Shown here in pieces: positions 36,260 to 45,339 of a DNA stretch of 64,000 nucleotides. Every line of letters starts with the position of its first letter. The stretch's first letter is position 1. Under the pieces are notes generated by a model that was not told where the DNA came from, did not search any database, and saw nothing but the letters and a program-made list of their open reading frames with translations. The stretch lies in the NCBI GenBank assembly GCA_964467035.1, contig CAYXNX010000004.1:89-64088 (forward strand), written 5' to 3'. The position numbers were made by a program, and so were the translations under genes. The stretch comes from Candidatus Woesearchaeota archaeon (GTDB lineage: Archaea > Nanobdellota > Nanobdellia > Pacearchaeales > GW2011-AR1).

Positions 36260-36304
36260 CAGACTTTTAACGAACTCAGTTAATATTTGATAGTTAAAAG
36301 TCTG
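36260..36304. repeat. perfect 12-bp inverted repeat cagacttttaac-N21-gttaaaagtctg upstream of the recombinase gene
   Basis: Arms at 36260-36271 and 36293-36304, read directly. Confidence 0.85.
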
Positions 36305-36367
36305 AAAGAAGCAAAATTAGGTTCAGGGTCTAGAAAAAATTACTATTGTTGAATTGTAAAATATATT

Positions 36368-36377
36368 TTTAAATATA
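36368..36377 (+). promoter_or_regulatory. TATA-box-like element about 27 nt upstream of ATG 36395
   Basis: tttaaatata. Confidence 0.4.
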
Positions 36378-36394
36378 TAGTGTTTAGTGTTATA

Positions 36395-37234
36395 ATGGTT
36401 TATATTCCTTATGACTGGGAAACTTGTTTAAGGAGAAAATGTAAAAGATATAGGTATTCTGACAAAAATGTGAAAAATTATAGTTACTGGATTCAAAGAT
36501 TTTTGAAATGGAATGGGAAGGAATTGAAGTATATTTCAAAAAAAGATGTTAGTGCTTTTTTGCAAAAATTAGATAATCAAAATCTTTCAGGAAATACCTT
36601 AAATCAATGTCATATGACGCTTAAATTCTTATTTGAAGATGTTATGGATAAAAAGATGTAGATAAATATTAAGTATGCAAAAGTGCCTAAAAGAATTCAA
36701 AAAGTTTTGAAAAAAGAAGAAATAAAATTATTAATTAAAAACATTAAAAATTCTAAACACAAAATTATGATTGCTTTGATGTACTCAGCAGGTTTAAGAG
36801 TAAGTGAGTTAATTAATTTAAAAGTTGAAGATTTAGAATTAAAAAATAGATATGGATTTGTGAGAAATGGAAAGGAAGGAAAAGATAGATTATTTATTAT
36901 TTCTGAAAGACTGGCACCTGTTTTAAAACAAATTATTTTAGATAATAATTTGGGAAAAGAAGATTATTTATTTTTAAGTAGAAGAAATAAAAAATATAGT
37001 GTAAGAACAATACAGAAAATTGTTAAGGATGCAAGTAAAAAAGCTGGTCTTGATTTTAAAGAAATTCACCCACATACATTAAGACATAGTTTTGCAACTC
37101 ATTTAATTGAACAAGGAGATTGTGTTGGAGATGTGCAAGCAATGTTAGGACATAAATCTCAGGAAACTTCTTTAAACTATATCCATTCATCAGGGAAAAT
37201 GTTAAATATAAAAAGTCCTTTTGACAGATTATAA
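36395..37234 (+). pseudogene. Xer-like tyrosine recombinase interrupted by one in-frame TAG (36659-36661)
   Basis: The N-terminal SAM-like domain (36395-36658) and the catalytic domain (36662-37234) are in the same frame. Catalytic signature: R in GLRVSEL, HPHTLRH, LGH and Y in LNYIH. No IntI-type insertion. Confidence 0.75.
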
Positions 37235-37235
37235 A

Positions 37236-37928
37236 ATGGTATTTTATTTAATTGGATTGGGATTGGATGAGCGAGGAATTTCAATTCATGGCAAGAGTTT
37301 GATAAGAAATTGTAAAAATGTTTATTTGGAAAATTATACAGTGGATTTTCCCTACACAAAGAAAAAGTTAGAGAAGCAATTAAAAATTAAACTAAAAGAT
37401 GCGCCTCGAGAACTTGTTGAAAGTGAGGAGTTAATTAAATTAGCTAAAAAAGAAAATGTTTGTTTGTTAGTTTATGGAGCTCCCATGAGTGCGACAACAC
37501 ATATTTCTTTGATAGATGATTGTAAAAAAAATAAAGTGAAGTATAAAATTGTTTATGCTGGGAGTATTTTTGATGCTGTTGCTGAAAGTGGGTTAAGTTT
37601 GTATAAATTTGGAAAAACAACATCTTTACCAAAATGGGAAAAAAATTTTGAGCCTAAAAGTTTTATGGAAGTAATAGAGAATAATCAAAAAATTGGAGCA
37701 CACACTTTATTACTTGTGGATATTGGTTTAGAGTTTGAGAAGGCAAGAGATGAAATGGAAAAGGCAGGATTTCAAGGAAAAGTGGTAGTATGTTCAAGAA
37801 TAGGGATTAGAAGTAGATTTTATTTTGGAGAATTAAATGAAATTAAAAGTGAAAAAGTGAAACAACCGTATTGTTTTATTGTTCTTGGAAAACTAAGTAA
37901 AGATGAAGAAGAGAATTTAATTAAGTAA
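37236..37928 (+). CDS. dph5: diphthine synthase
   Basis: MVFYLIGLGLDERGISIHG, VYLENYT and LVYGAPMSATTH motifs. The start lies 1 nt after the recombinase stop. Confidence 0.8.
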   Translation: MVFYLIGLGLDERGISIHGKSLIRNCKNVYLENYTVDFPYTKKKLEKQLKIKLKDAPRELVESEELIKLAKKENVCLLVYGAPMSATTHISLIDDCKKNKVKYKIVYAGSIFDAVAESGLSLYKFGKTTSLPKWEKNFEPKSFMEVIENNQKIGAHTLLLVDIGLEFEKARDEMEKAGFQGKVVVCSRIGIRSRFYFGELNEIKSEKVKQPYCFIVLGKLSKDEEENLIK

Positions 37929-38021
37929 AACTTAAAAACCCATTTTTTCTTAAATAAAGATGGCTATAAACCAAACGAATAAGATTGGAATTATTTCTAT
38001 TATAGCTATTATTATTTGATT

Positions 38022-38043
38022 GCGCAAATTTTTAAATTTGCGC
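38022..38043. promoter_or_regulatory. perfect 10-bp palindrome gcgcaaattt-tt-aaatttgcgc upstream of ORF 38056
   Basis: Read directly. G+C-clamped and 12 nt upstream of the ATG. Could be an operator or a terminator hairpin. Confidence 0.4.
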
Positions 38044-38055
38044 GCAGGAGTTTAA

Positions 38056-38319
38056 ATGAGTTATAGATTTATTGCGCAAGATGAAGGAGAATTATATAGT
38101 GAAGCTTGTGCTAGGGTTTTGAGAAATTATATTGAAAGCAATGGAAGAAGAGAGGAAATATTGAAAAAAGATGATGTTAAAGAAGCAATAGAATTTTTTT
38201 TTAGTTGGCATTGTCCAATCCAGCAAAGAACATTGTTTGGGCAGGAAATCTGTGAAGAAATGTATAATTCGGAAAACAGAAATTTAATAAATAGAGTTTT
38301 GTACAAAGATAAATGCTAG
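38056..38319 (+). CDS. hypothetical protein
   Basis: 87-aa ORF with GGAG upstream. Overlaps the ileS start by 7 nt. Confidence 0.4.
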   Translation: MSYRFIAQDEGELYSEACARVLRNYIESNGRREEILKKDDVKEAIEFFFSWHCPIQQRTLFGQEICEEMYNSENRNLINRVLYKDKC

Positions 38320-41204
38320 ATTTAAAACAAATTGAGAAAGATACGAGAAAGTTTTGGAAAGAAAACAAAATAGAAGAAAAATTACTTAATAAAAATAAAA
38401 AAAAGGAACCATATTTTCTCTTAGATGGGCCCCCATATGCTAATTTTACACCTCATGTTGGACATATAAAAAATACAGTTTTCAAAGATTTGTTAATAAG
38501 AATTGCTTTGATGAAGGGATATAATACATTTTTCCAACCAGGGTTTGATACTCACGGACTTCCTGTGGAAAATATGGTTGAACATAAACTTAATTTGAAA
38601 AGTAAAAAAGATATTGAAAAATTGGGGATTAAAAAGTTTATGAAAGAGTGTAAGAAAAGTGCTGTTGAAAATAAAGATAATTGGATGAAAGCTTATAAAA
38701 AATTAGGTAGCTTATATGATGGAAAAGAACCTTATTTAACATATGAAAATTATTATATTGATAGTGCTTGGTGGGCTTTTTCTCAAATGTATAATAAAGA
38801 AATGGTTTATGAAGGTGAAAAACCACTTATGTGGTGTCCGCATTGTGAAACAAGTTTAGCAGGTTATGAAGTAACTGATAGTTATAAAGAAGTTACAGAT
38901 CCAGGAGTTTATGTTTTGTTTAATTTAAAAGATAGTGATGAGAGTTTATTAGTTTATACAACAACTCCTTGGACCCTTCCTGCAAATGTTGCTATTGCAA
39001 TTGCTCCTAAAGAAGATTATGCAACAGTAGAGGTAACTGGAAAAAATATAATTATTGCTAAAAATCTTTTGAAAAAATTAAGTGATAATGAAATGGGTTA
39101 TTTAATAAAAAGAGAGTTTAAAGGAAAAGAATTAGTTGGAAAAAAATATGAACCTTTGTTAGATGTTCCATTGCAAAAAGAATTGGGAAAGGGGGAATTA
39201 GGAAAGGCGCATAAGGTTATTTCTTCTATACCTTTGTTGAAGGAGAGAGTTGCAAGTAAGATGAGGACAAAAAAAGGTTCTGAGGGGGAAGATGTGTTTG
39301 AAGAATTTGTAACTGTGGAAGAAGGAACTGGTTTGGTTCATTGTGCTCCAGGACATGGTAAAACTGATTATGAAGTAGGACAACACTATGGATTAGCTTG
39401 TGTTTCTCCATTAGATGAAAAGTGCAAATTTAAAGAAGAGGCAGGATTTCAAGGTTTTGTTAAATATGCGGATAAAGATATCATAGAATATCTTGAAAAT
39501 GAAGGAAAACTTTTGTTTAAAGAAAAAGTAAATCACAATTATCCTTTATGTTGGAGATGTAAAAATCCTTTGATTTTTAGATTAAGCAATCAATTATTTT
39601 TCAAAGTTAGCAAAGTTAAAAAAACAATACAAAGGGAAAACAAGAAAGTTACATGGTATCCTGAATTTGCTAGAGAAAGATTTGATAATTGGGTAGCTAA
39701 TGCTGAGGATTGGAATATTTCAAGACAAAGATATTGGGGAATCCCAATTCCAATTTGGAAAAGTGAAGATGGGGAGAAAATTGTGATTTCAAATTCCAAA
39801 GAATTAGAAAAACTTTATGGAAAAAAGATAAAAGATTTGCATGTTGTTGAGAATGTTAGTTTTAAGAAAAATGGAAAGGAGTTTAAGAAAGTAAAGGGAA
39901 TTTTGGATGTTTGGTTTGATTCTGGAGTTGCTCCTTTTGCAAGCTGGGGTTATCCTCACAAGAATAAAGAATTGTTTGAGAAAAATTTTCCTGTTTCAAG
40001 GATTAATGAAGCACAGGATCAGATTAGAGGGTGGTTTTATTCTTTGATGTTTTCATCAGCAGCTGTTTTTGAAAAACCTGCGTATAAAGAAGTTTCAATG
40101 ACTGGATGGGTTTTAGATAAAAACGGGAACAAAATGTCAAAATCTTTGGGAAATGTAACTACTGGAAATGAAGCGTTAGATACATATGGGGGTGATATGT
40201 TAAGATTTTATTATTGCTGGGATGTTGCGCCTTATGAAACTCAAAAATTTAATGGAGACATTATGCAAAAAGAAGTTGGGAAAATTTTCAATGTTTTGTG
40301 GAATATGAGAAATCTTTGTGAAAAGGGAAAAGTTATTGCAAAAGACAAAGGAGATGAATGGATTTTATCAAAACTTGAAAGTATGACAAAAAAGTATGAA
40401 AAAAATATGGACGAATTTGAATTTAGTGAAGCTTTTAGAGAATTAACTGATTTTATTCTTAATAGTTTATCGAGACAGTATATTCAAATGAATAGAGAGA
40501 AAAACAAAGGAGCAATTATTGGGCATTGTATTAAAAGAATTGTGAATTTGCTTGCCCCGGTATCTCTTTTTATTAGTGAAATGATTTGGCAAGATTTAAG
40601 AGAAAAAGAAATTGTAAAAGAAAAAAGTGTTCATCTTTGTGATTGGCCAAAAGCTAATGAGAAAAAAATTGATGTTTCCTTAGAAAGCAAATTTGAATTT
40701 GTTTTTAAGATAATTGAAAAAGGACTTTATGAAAGGGATAAAAATAAAATTGGTTTAAAATGGCCTTTAACAAAAATTACTGTTTATTCGAATAATGAAG
40801 AAAGTGTTTTTGAATTAAAGGATATAATTAAAAATCAACTAAATGTAAAAGAAATTATTTTTGAAAATTCAACAAACAAGGAAATAGAAGTTAATCTTGA
40901 TACTGAAATAACTCCTGAACTTGAAACCGAGGGTTTTGTGAGAAATATTGCAAGAGCTGTTCAATCATTAAGGAAAAAGAAAAAACTTGTTAAGGAAAAT
41001 AAGATTGCTTTGGTGATTGTTTGCGAAAAAGAAATGGCACTAAGATTAACTGACTTTAAAGAAAATTTGAAAGAAAAAACTAATGCAAAAGAACTTGAAA
41101 TTTTAACAGAAAAAAAAGAATTAAAAGATTTTGCTGAAGATGAAATTAAAATTAAAGGGATAAAATTTAATTTATTTTTAAAAAAATTGAGTATTAACTA
41201 TTGA
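38313..41204 (+). CDS. ileS: isoleucyl-tRNA synthetase
   Basis: GPPYANFTPHVGH (HIGH region), WCPHCETSLAGYEV, GTGLVHCAPGHG and KMSKSLGN motifs. Confidence 0.8.
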   Translation: MLDLKQIEKDTRKFWKENKIEEKLLNKNKKKEPYFLLDGPPYANFTPHVGHIKNTVFKDLLIRIALMKGYNTFFQPGFDTHGLPVENMVEHKLNLKSKKDIEKLGIKKFMKECKKSAVENKDNWMKAYKKLGSLYDGKEPYLTYENYYIDSAWWAFSQMYNKEMVYEGEKPLMWCPHCETSLAGYEVTDSYKEVTDPGVYVLFNLKDSDESLLVYTTTPWTLPANVAIAIAPKEDYATVEVTGKNIIIAKNLLKKLSDNEMGYLIKREFKGKELVGKKYEPLLDVPLQKELGKGELGKAHKVISSIPLLKERVASKMRTKKGSEGEDVFEEFVTVEEGTGLVHCAPGHGKTDYEVGQHYGLACVSPLDEKCKFKEEAGFQGFVKYADKDIIEYLENEGKLLFKEKVNHNYPLCWRCKNPLIFRLSNQLFFKVSKVKKTIQRENKKVTWYPEFARERFDNWVANAEDWNISRQRYWGIPIPIWKSEDGEKIVISNSKELEKLYGKKIKDLHVVENVSFKKNGKEFKKVKGILDVWFDSGVAPFASWGYPHKNKELFEKNFPVSRINEAQDQIRGWFYSLMFSSAAVFEKPAYKEVSMTGWVLDKNGNKMSKSLGNVTTGNEALDTYGGDMLRFYYCWDVAPYETQKFNGDIMQKEVGKIFNVLWNMRNLCEKGKVIAKDKGDEWILSKLESMTKKYEKNMDEFEFSEAFRELTDFILNSLSRQYIQMNREKNKGAIIGHCIKRIVNLLAPVSLFISEMIWQDLREKEIVKEKSVHLCDWPKANEKKIDVSLESKFEFVFKIIEKGLYERDKNKIGLKWPLTKITVYSNNEESVFELKDIIKNQLNVKEIIFENSTNKEIEVNLDTEITPELETEGFVRNIARAVQSLRKKKKLVKENKIALVIVCEKEMALRLTDFKENLKEKTNAKELEILTEKKELKDFAEDEIKIKGIKFNLFLKKLSINY

Positions 41205-41273
41205 TAAAAAGTAAAAACTATTCATTATAAATAAATGAAATACAAAAAGATTTAAATACTCAAACTATTTAAT

Positions 41274-42113
41274 ATGATTAATAAAATGATAGTTAAAGAG
41301 GAATTTTTAAGTCGGTTAAGAAAGATTTTTGATCTAAACCTTTACGAGGTTAAAGTGTGGACAGCTCTCTTGTCAAGAGGTGTTTCAACAGCAGGAGAGT
41401 TAAGCAATATTTCAGATGTCCCTCGTTCAAGAACATATGATATTTTGGAAAGTTTGGAGAAAAAAGGATTTATTGTTATGAAGTTGGGAAAACCAATCAA
41501 GTTTGTTGCTTTAAAACCTGAAGAGGTTATTGAAAGAGTTAAGAAAAATTTAATGAGTGGTGCAAAAGAAAAAACAAAGAGGCTTGAAAGTTTAAAGGGG
41601 GATGAAGTTCTTGAAGAATTAAGTTCTTTATTTAGCCGAGGAGTTAAATATGTTGAACCTAGTGATTTATCAGGGAGTTTAAGGGGACGAAGCAATCTTT
41701 ATAATCATTTAGATATGTTGATTAATAGTGCTGAAAAAACAATAACTATTGTTACAACAACAGAAGGGTTAAATAGAAAAATGGAAGTTTTAATGCCTTC
41801 ATTTAATAAAGCAAGAAAAAAAGGTGTTAAAGTTAGAATTGCAGCTCCTATTGATTCTTCTAATGAAAATGTTGCAAAAGAACTTGCAAATGTTGCTGAA
41901 GTGAGAAGTATGAAAAGTTTTAGTGGAAGGTTTACAATTATTGATAGCGAACAAATAATGTTTATGTTATTGGATGATAAAGAGGTTCATCCAAATTATG
42001 ATGTGGGTGTTTGGATTAATACTCCTTTTTTTGCCCAATCGTTGGAACAAATGTTTGAACTTGCTTGGAAAAGTTTTAAGCCAATAAAACCTTCAAAAAT
42101 CAAAAAGAAATAA
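41274..42113 (+). CDS. TrmB-family transcriptional regulator
   Basis: N-terminal wHTH YEVKVWTALLSRGVSTAGELSNISDVPRSRTYDILESLEKKGF plus a TrmB-type C-terminal domain. Confidence 0.8.
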   Translation: MINKMIVKEEFLSRLRKIFDLNLYEVKVWTALLSRGVSTAGELSNISDVPRSRTYDILESLEKKGFIVMKLGKPIKFVALKPEEVIERVKKNLMSGAKEKTKRLESLKGDEVLEELSSLFSRGVKYVEPSDLSGSLRGRSNLYNHLDMLINSAEKTITIVTTTEGLNRKMEVLMPSFNKARKKGVKVRIAAPIDSSNENVAKELANVAEVRSMKSFSGRFTIIDSEQIMFMLLDDKEVHPNYDVGVWINTPFFAQSLEQMFELAWKSFKPIKPSKIKKK

Positions 42114-42333
42114 TTCTTAAAATAATTTATTTGGGGAATAAAGATTTGAACATGCAAATATCAAGAGGCCTTGTTAAACTTTTTTATTGCAAGTGAGTTG
42201 AATTTGAAAAGACAGTAATTCTAAAAATTTTTATGAGAAAATTGATTGAAAAATAAAAAAAATTTTACAACAAAATTTTTATTGCAAAATTTGAAAAATT
42301 AATAAATAAAAAATAAAATAAATAAATTTAAGT

Positions 42334-42558
42334 TTAACTTAGTGAATCTACAATAGCAAGGATTGCTCCAACAATTGTTGCAATAATAACTACCCATCCT
42401 GCAATTTGATTAACTACGCCTAAGTAAGGTACAGACAATGTTCCTCCAGTAAGTGCAAAACCTACAGCTAAAGAAACAATCACACCTGTTAACCAAGCAA
42501 CAAAAGTAACTAGTTTGCTTAAAGCTCCTGTATTATTTTTAGCTTTCTTTTTTTTCAT
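42334..42558 (-). CDS. small membrane protein
   Basis: 74 aa with two hydrophobic helices. Confidence 0.4.
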   Translation of the reverse strand: MKKKKAKNNTGALSKLVTFVAWLTGVIVSLAVGFALTGGTLSVPYLGVVNQIAGWVVIIATIVGAILAIVDSLS

Positions 42559-42642
42559 AAAGACCTCCTTTCACCTCTTTAATAATATTTGAATATAGAT
42601 AGCCCAGTATATAAATGTTTTCTTTGTAGGAAAATTTATTGA

Positions 42643-44295
42643 TTACATTTCTTCCATTACTTCAATACCCAGAAGATATAAAGAATTTTTTATTGTGTTT
42701 CGAAACGACTGCACTAATTTTAATCTAAATTTTTCTTCGGGTGTATCAAGAACTTTGGAGTTATGATAAAATTCGTTAAAAATTTTTGATAAATTAAAAG
42801 AGTAGTTTGCGATTAAACTTGGGGAAAATTTTTTTCCTGCTTGTTCCACTATGTCTGGAAACTCTGCTAATTTTTTAATTAGTTGAAATTCTGAGGAAGA
42901 AATATCTTCGGGAAATTCGAGAGCGGGAGAAAATTTTGATTTTTTTAAAATTGAAGATGCTCGGGCGTAAGAATATTGTAAATAAGGTCCGGAATTTCCT
43001 TCGAAGTTTAAACTTTGTTCCCAAGAGAAGATTATGTTTTTTTCGTTGTCATTTCTTAGCATTGCGTATTTAATTGCCCCAACTGCTATTTTTTTAGGGT
43101 CACCTTTAGTTTTTCTTTTTTCAATTTCTTGTTTTGCTTTTTTTATTGTTTCTTCGAAAAATTGTTCTAACAAAACCAGTTCTCCACGACGAGTTGACAT
43201 TTTTGTTGCTTTTTTTTCAGTTTGCAAAAGAACAAAAGAATAGTGAACAACATTTGGAGATTCGTGACCCAAAAGTTTTAGAGCTTCGGAAATTTGTTCA
43301 AAGTAATTTTTTTGGTCTTCACCCAAAACAATTATGTTTTTTCCGTGTTTCATTTTTTCTATTGTATAAGCTATATCTCTTAAACCATAAAGTCCTGTGC
43401 CATTACTTCTTGCAAGAACAAAATAAGGGGCTTTCATTTTTTTGATTAAGGGTGTTGTTGATTGGTCTAAAACTAAACGATTATCTTTGTCTTCAAACAG
43501 CCTGCCTGTTTTTTCAAATTTTTTTAAAAGCTCTTGGGAGGATTTTCCAATATATTTTGATTCATAATCAAAATAGTCAAAATCAATTCCAAACTGGTTG
43601 AATATTTTCTTTTGCCCTTCAACAGCTGTGTCAACTATTTTTCTGAAAAGTTTAGTTGTTTGTTTATCTTTATTTTCAAATTTTTCTAATAATTCAAAAA
43701 TTTTTTTTTCAAGTTTGGGATTTTTTTCTATTTTTTGTGAAATTTCTATATATTTTTTTAGTAAATCGTTAAAAGTATCTTCTTCATTGAAGTTGAGAGC
43801 GAGCATTGCGATTTGTTTGCTGACATCATTAATATAATAATGAGTCTCAACTTTATTTCCTTGAAATTTTAAAATTCTTACAATTGAATCTCCAACTATT
43901 GCATTTCTTGCTCTTCCGACATGGGGTGAAGCATTGGGGTTTACTGAAGTGTGTTCTACTAAAATTTTTTCCCCTTTTTTTGAACTGCCATAGTTTTCAT
44001 TTGAAGCATGAGTTAAAACTTCTTTTGCAAAATGTTTTTTTGAAACAAAGAAATTTATGTAAGGTCCATTTTGTTGAATTGAAGAAATTTTACTGAGGGG
44101 TTCTTTTTTTAATTTTCTTGTAATTTCTAAAGCAATTTCTTGAGGTGGTTTTTTGTAAGATTTAGATAAAATAAAACAAGGAAATGCATAATCCCCCATT
44201 TCTTGGGAAGGAGGTATTTCTAAATTTTGCTCAATATCTTTTATTGGAAATTTGGTTTCTTTATGTAATAATTCTATTATTGTTTTTTTCATCAA
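42643..44295 (-). CDS. argS: arginyl-tRNA synthetase
   Basis: 550 aa. HTSVNPNASPHVGRARN (HIGH-like region) and a DALR-type anticodon-binding C-terminus ending in M. Confidence 0.8.
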   Translation of the reverse strand: MMKKTIIELLHKETKFPIKDIEQNLEIPPSQEMGDYAFPCFILSKSYKKPPQEIALEITRKLKKEPLSKISSIQQNGPYINFFVSKKHFAKEVLTHASNENYGSSKKGEKILVEHTSVNPNASPHVGRARNAIVGDSIVRILKFQGNKVETHYYINDVSKQIAMLALNFNEEDTFNDLLKKYIEISQKIEKNPKLEKKIFELLEKFENKDKQTTKLFRKIVDTAVEGQKKIFNQFGIDFDYFDYESKYIGKSSQELLKKFEKTGRLFEDKDNRLVLDQSTTPLIKKMKAPYFVLARSNGTGLYGLRDIAYTIEKMKHGKNIIVLGEDQKNYFEQISEALKLLGHESPNVVHYSFVLLQTEKKATKMSTRRGELVLLEQFFEETIKKAKQEIEKRKTKGDPKKIAVGAIKYAMLRNDNEKNIIFSWEQSLNFEGNSGPYLQYSYARASSILKKSKFSPALEFPEDISSSEFQLIKKLAEFPDIVEQAGKKFSPSLIANYSFNLSKIFNEFYHNSKVLDTPEEKFRLKLVQSFRNTIKNSLYLLGIEVMEEM

Positions 44296-44435
44296 AATAG
44301 TAAAATTAAGAAGTTAATAAATTTATTGAAAAAAACTACAAATTTGTTCAGATTTATATTTAACAAATCTTGCAAATGAAGTAAGTTGAATCAATAATAA
44401 AAATATAAAAATTAATAGAAAATTGGAACTGTTAA

Positions 44436-44693
44436 TTATTCTTTCTTTTTTCTAAAACATTCATTACAATAGACTGGTCTGTCTTGAGATGGTTTAAAGG
44501 GAACTTCGCATTCCTTACCACATTCTGCACAAACTGCTTTATGCATTTTACGTGGACCAAAGCTTTTTCTAAATCCTCTTCCGCCTTCACTAAAACTTTT
44601 GTTTCCAGGTCTGTTTCCAGGTCTGTTTCCAGGTCTGTTTCCTTGAAACTTTTTTCTCGGCCTTTCAGAACCATGTTCTGTATTTTCTTTCAT
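44436..44693 (-). CDS. CxxC-x17-CxxC zinc-binding protein with (GNRP)3 repeat
   Basis: C-terminal MHKAVCAECGKECEVPFKPSQDRPVYCNECF. The repeat is encoded by a 3 x 12-nt tandem at 44601-44636. Confidence 0.6.
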   Translation of the reverse strand: MKENTEHGSERPRKKFQGNRPGNRPGNRPGNKSFSEGGRGFRKSFGPRKMHKAVCAECGKECEVPFKPSQDRPVYCNECFRKKKE

Positions 44694-45203
44694 TTATTTA
44701 CTCCTTTGCCCTGAGGCATTCCTAAAATAAATAAAGAGGGTTTATAAATGATTGGAATAAAATTAACAAAGTTTAGGATTATACATTTAGGGTAAAAATA
44801 GGGAGTTTATAAAAAACTAAAGATTTGAATATTGTAGAAAATTATTGGAAGTGTATTTGTTTAAATTCAGAATTAAAGAAATTTCAAGCAGTATAATTAT
44901 ATGAAAAAGGGTGTTTAAATTTTATTAAAGTAGAATAATTTGAAAATAATTTTAAGAATAGGATGTAGAGAGTAGCAAGGTTTTGATGTTTTGGGATTAA
45001 GGTGCAGAGTTTAAAAAATGATAGGGATTATACAAGAGTTAATTGATAGTGTTGATAAGATAAAGAAATTATTAATAGTAACTTTTAAAACCCCTTTATA
45101 ATTCTATGAAATATACTAGATAGGAAGAAATGCCTAAAAATAAATGCTTTGCGATTTTCATTCGTCTAAAATTCCGGTTTCGAATGAGTAATCGAACAAT
45201 TAT

Positions 45204-45287
45204 GTGGGAGTGCCGGAGTGGTCAAACGGGACGGACTTAAGATCCGTTAGCTTAGTGCTTACGCAGGTTCGAATCCTGCCTCCCACA
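45204..45287 (+). tRNA. tRNA-Leu (anticodon UAA)
   Basis: Cloverleaf folded by hand. Acceptor GUGGGAG/CUCCCAC, anticodon stem ACGGA/UCCGU with loop CUUAAGA, long variable arm, T arm GCAGG-UUCGAAU-CCUGC, discriminator A, no encoded CCA. Confidence 0.9.
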
Positions 45288-45339
45288 TTTTTAGAAAGTT
45301 TTATAATAGATTCTATCTTTTATTTCAAAAGAGGCAAAT

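Noticed and set aside
36659-36661. TAG recoding (pyrrolysine or an alternative genetic code) in the recombinase
   Set aside because: TAG terminates other well-delimited ORFs here (for example 768-770 and 30485-30487). No pyl genes or other in-frame TAGs were seen. A nonsense mutation or variant is simpler.
29470-37234. Canonical integron (IntI plus attC array)
   Set aside because: The recombinase is Xer-sized and lacks the IntI-specific insertion. I could not find paired RYYYAAC/GTTRRRY boxes at the bases of the stems; only some cores read GTTAAAT. Cassettes carry their own promoters and lie in both orientations. The integron logic is kept only as an analogy.
44432-44714. Alternative-frame ORFs (80 aa minus strand, 76 aa plus strand) overlapping the Zn-binding gene
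   Set aside because: These frames are kept open by the 12-nt tandem repeat. Only the frame with the CxxC-x17-CxxC domain has recognisable protein features.
44694-45203. 500-nt AT-rich noncoding gap as a replication origin
   Set aside because: I found no repeated ORB-like boxes; only a 10-nt word, ggattataca, occurs twice. No orc1/cdc6 gene is nearby, so there is not enough evidence.
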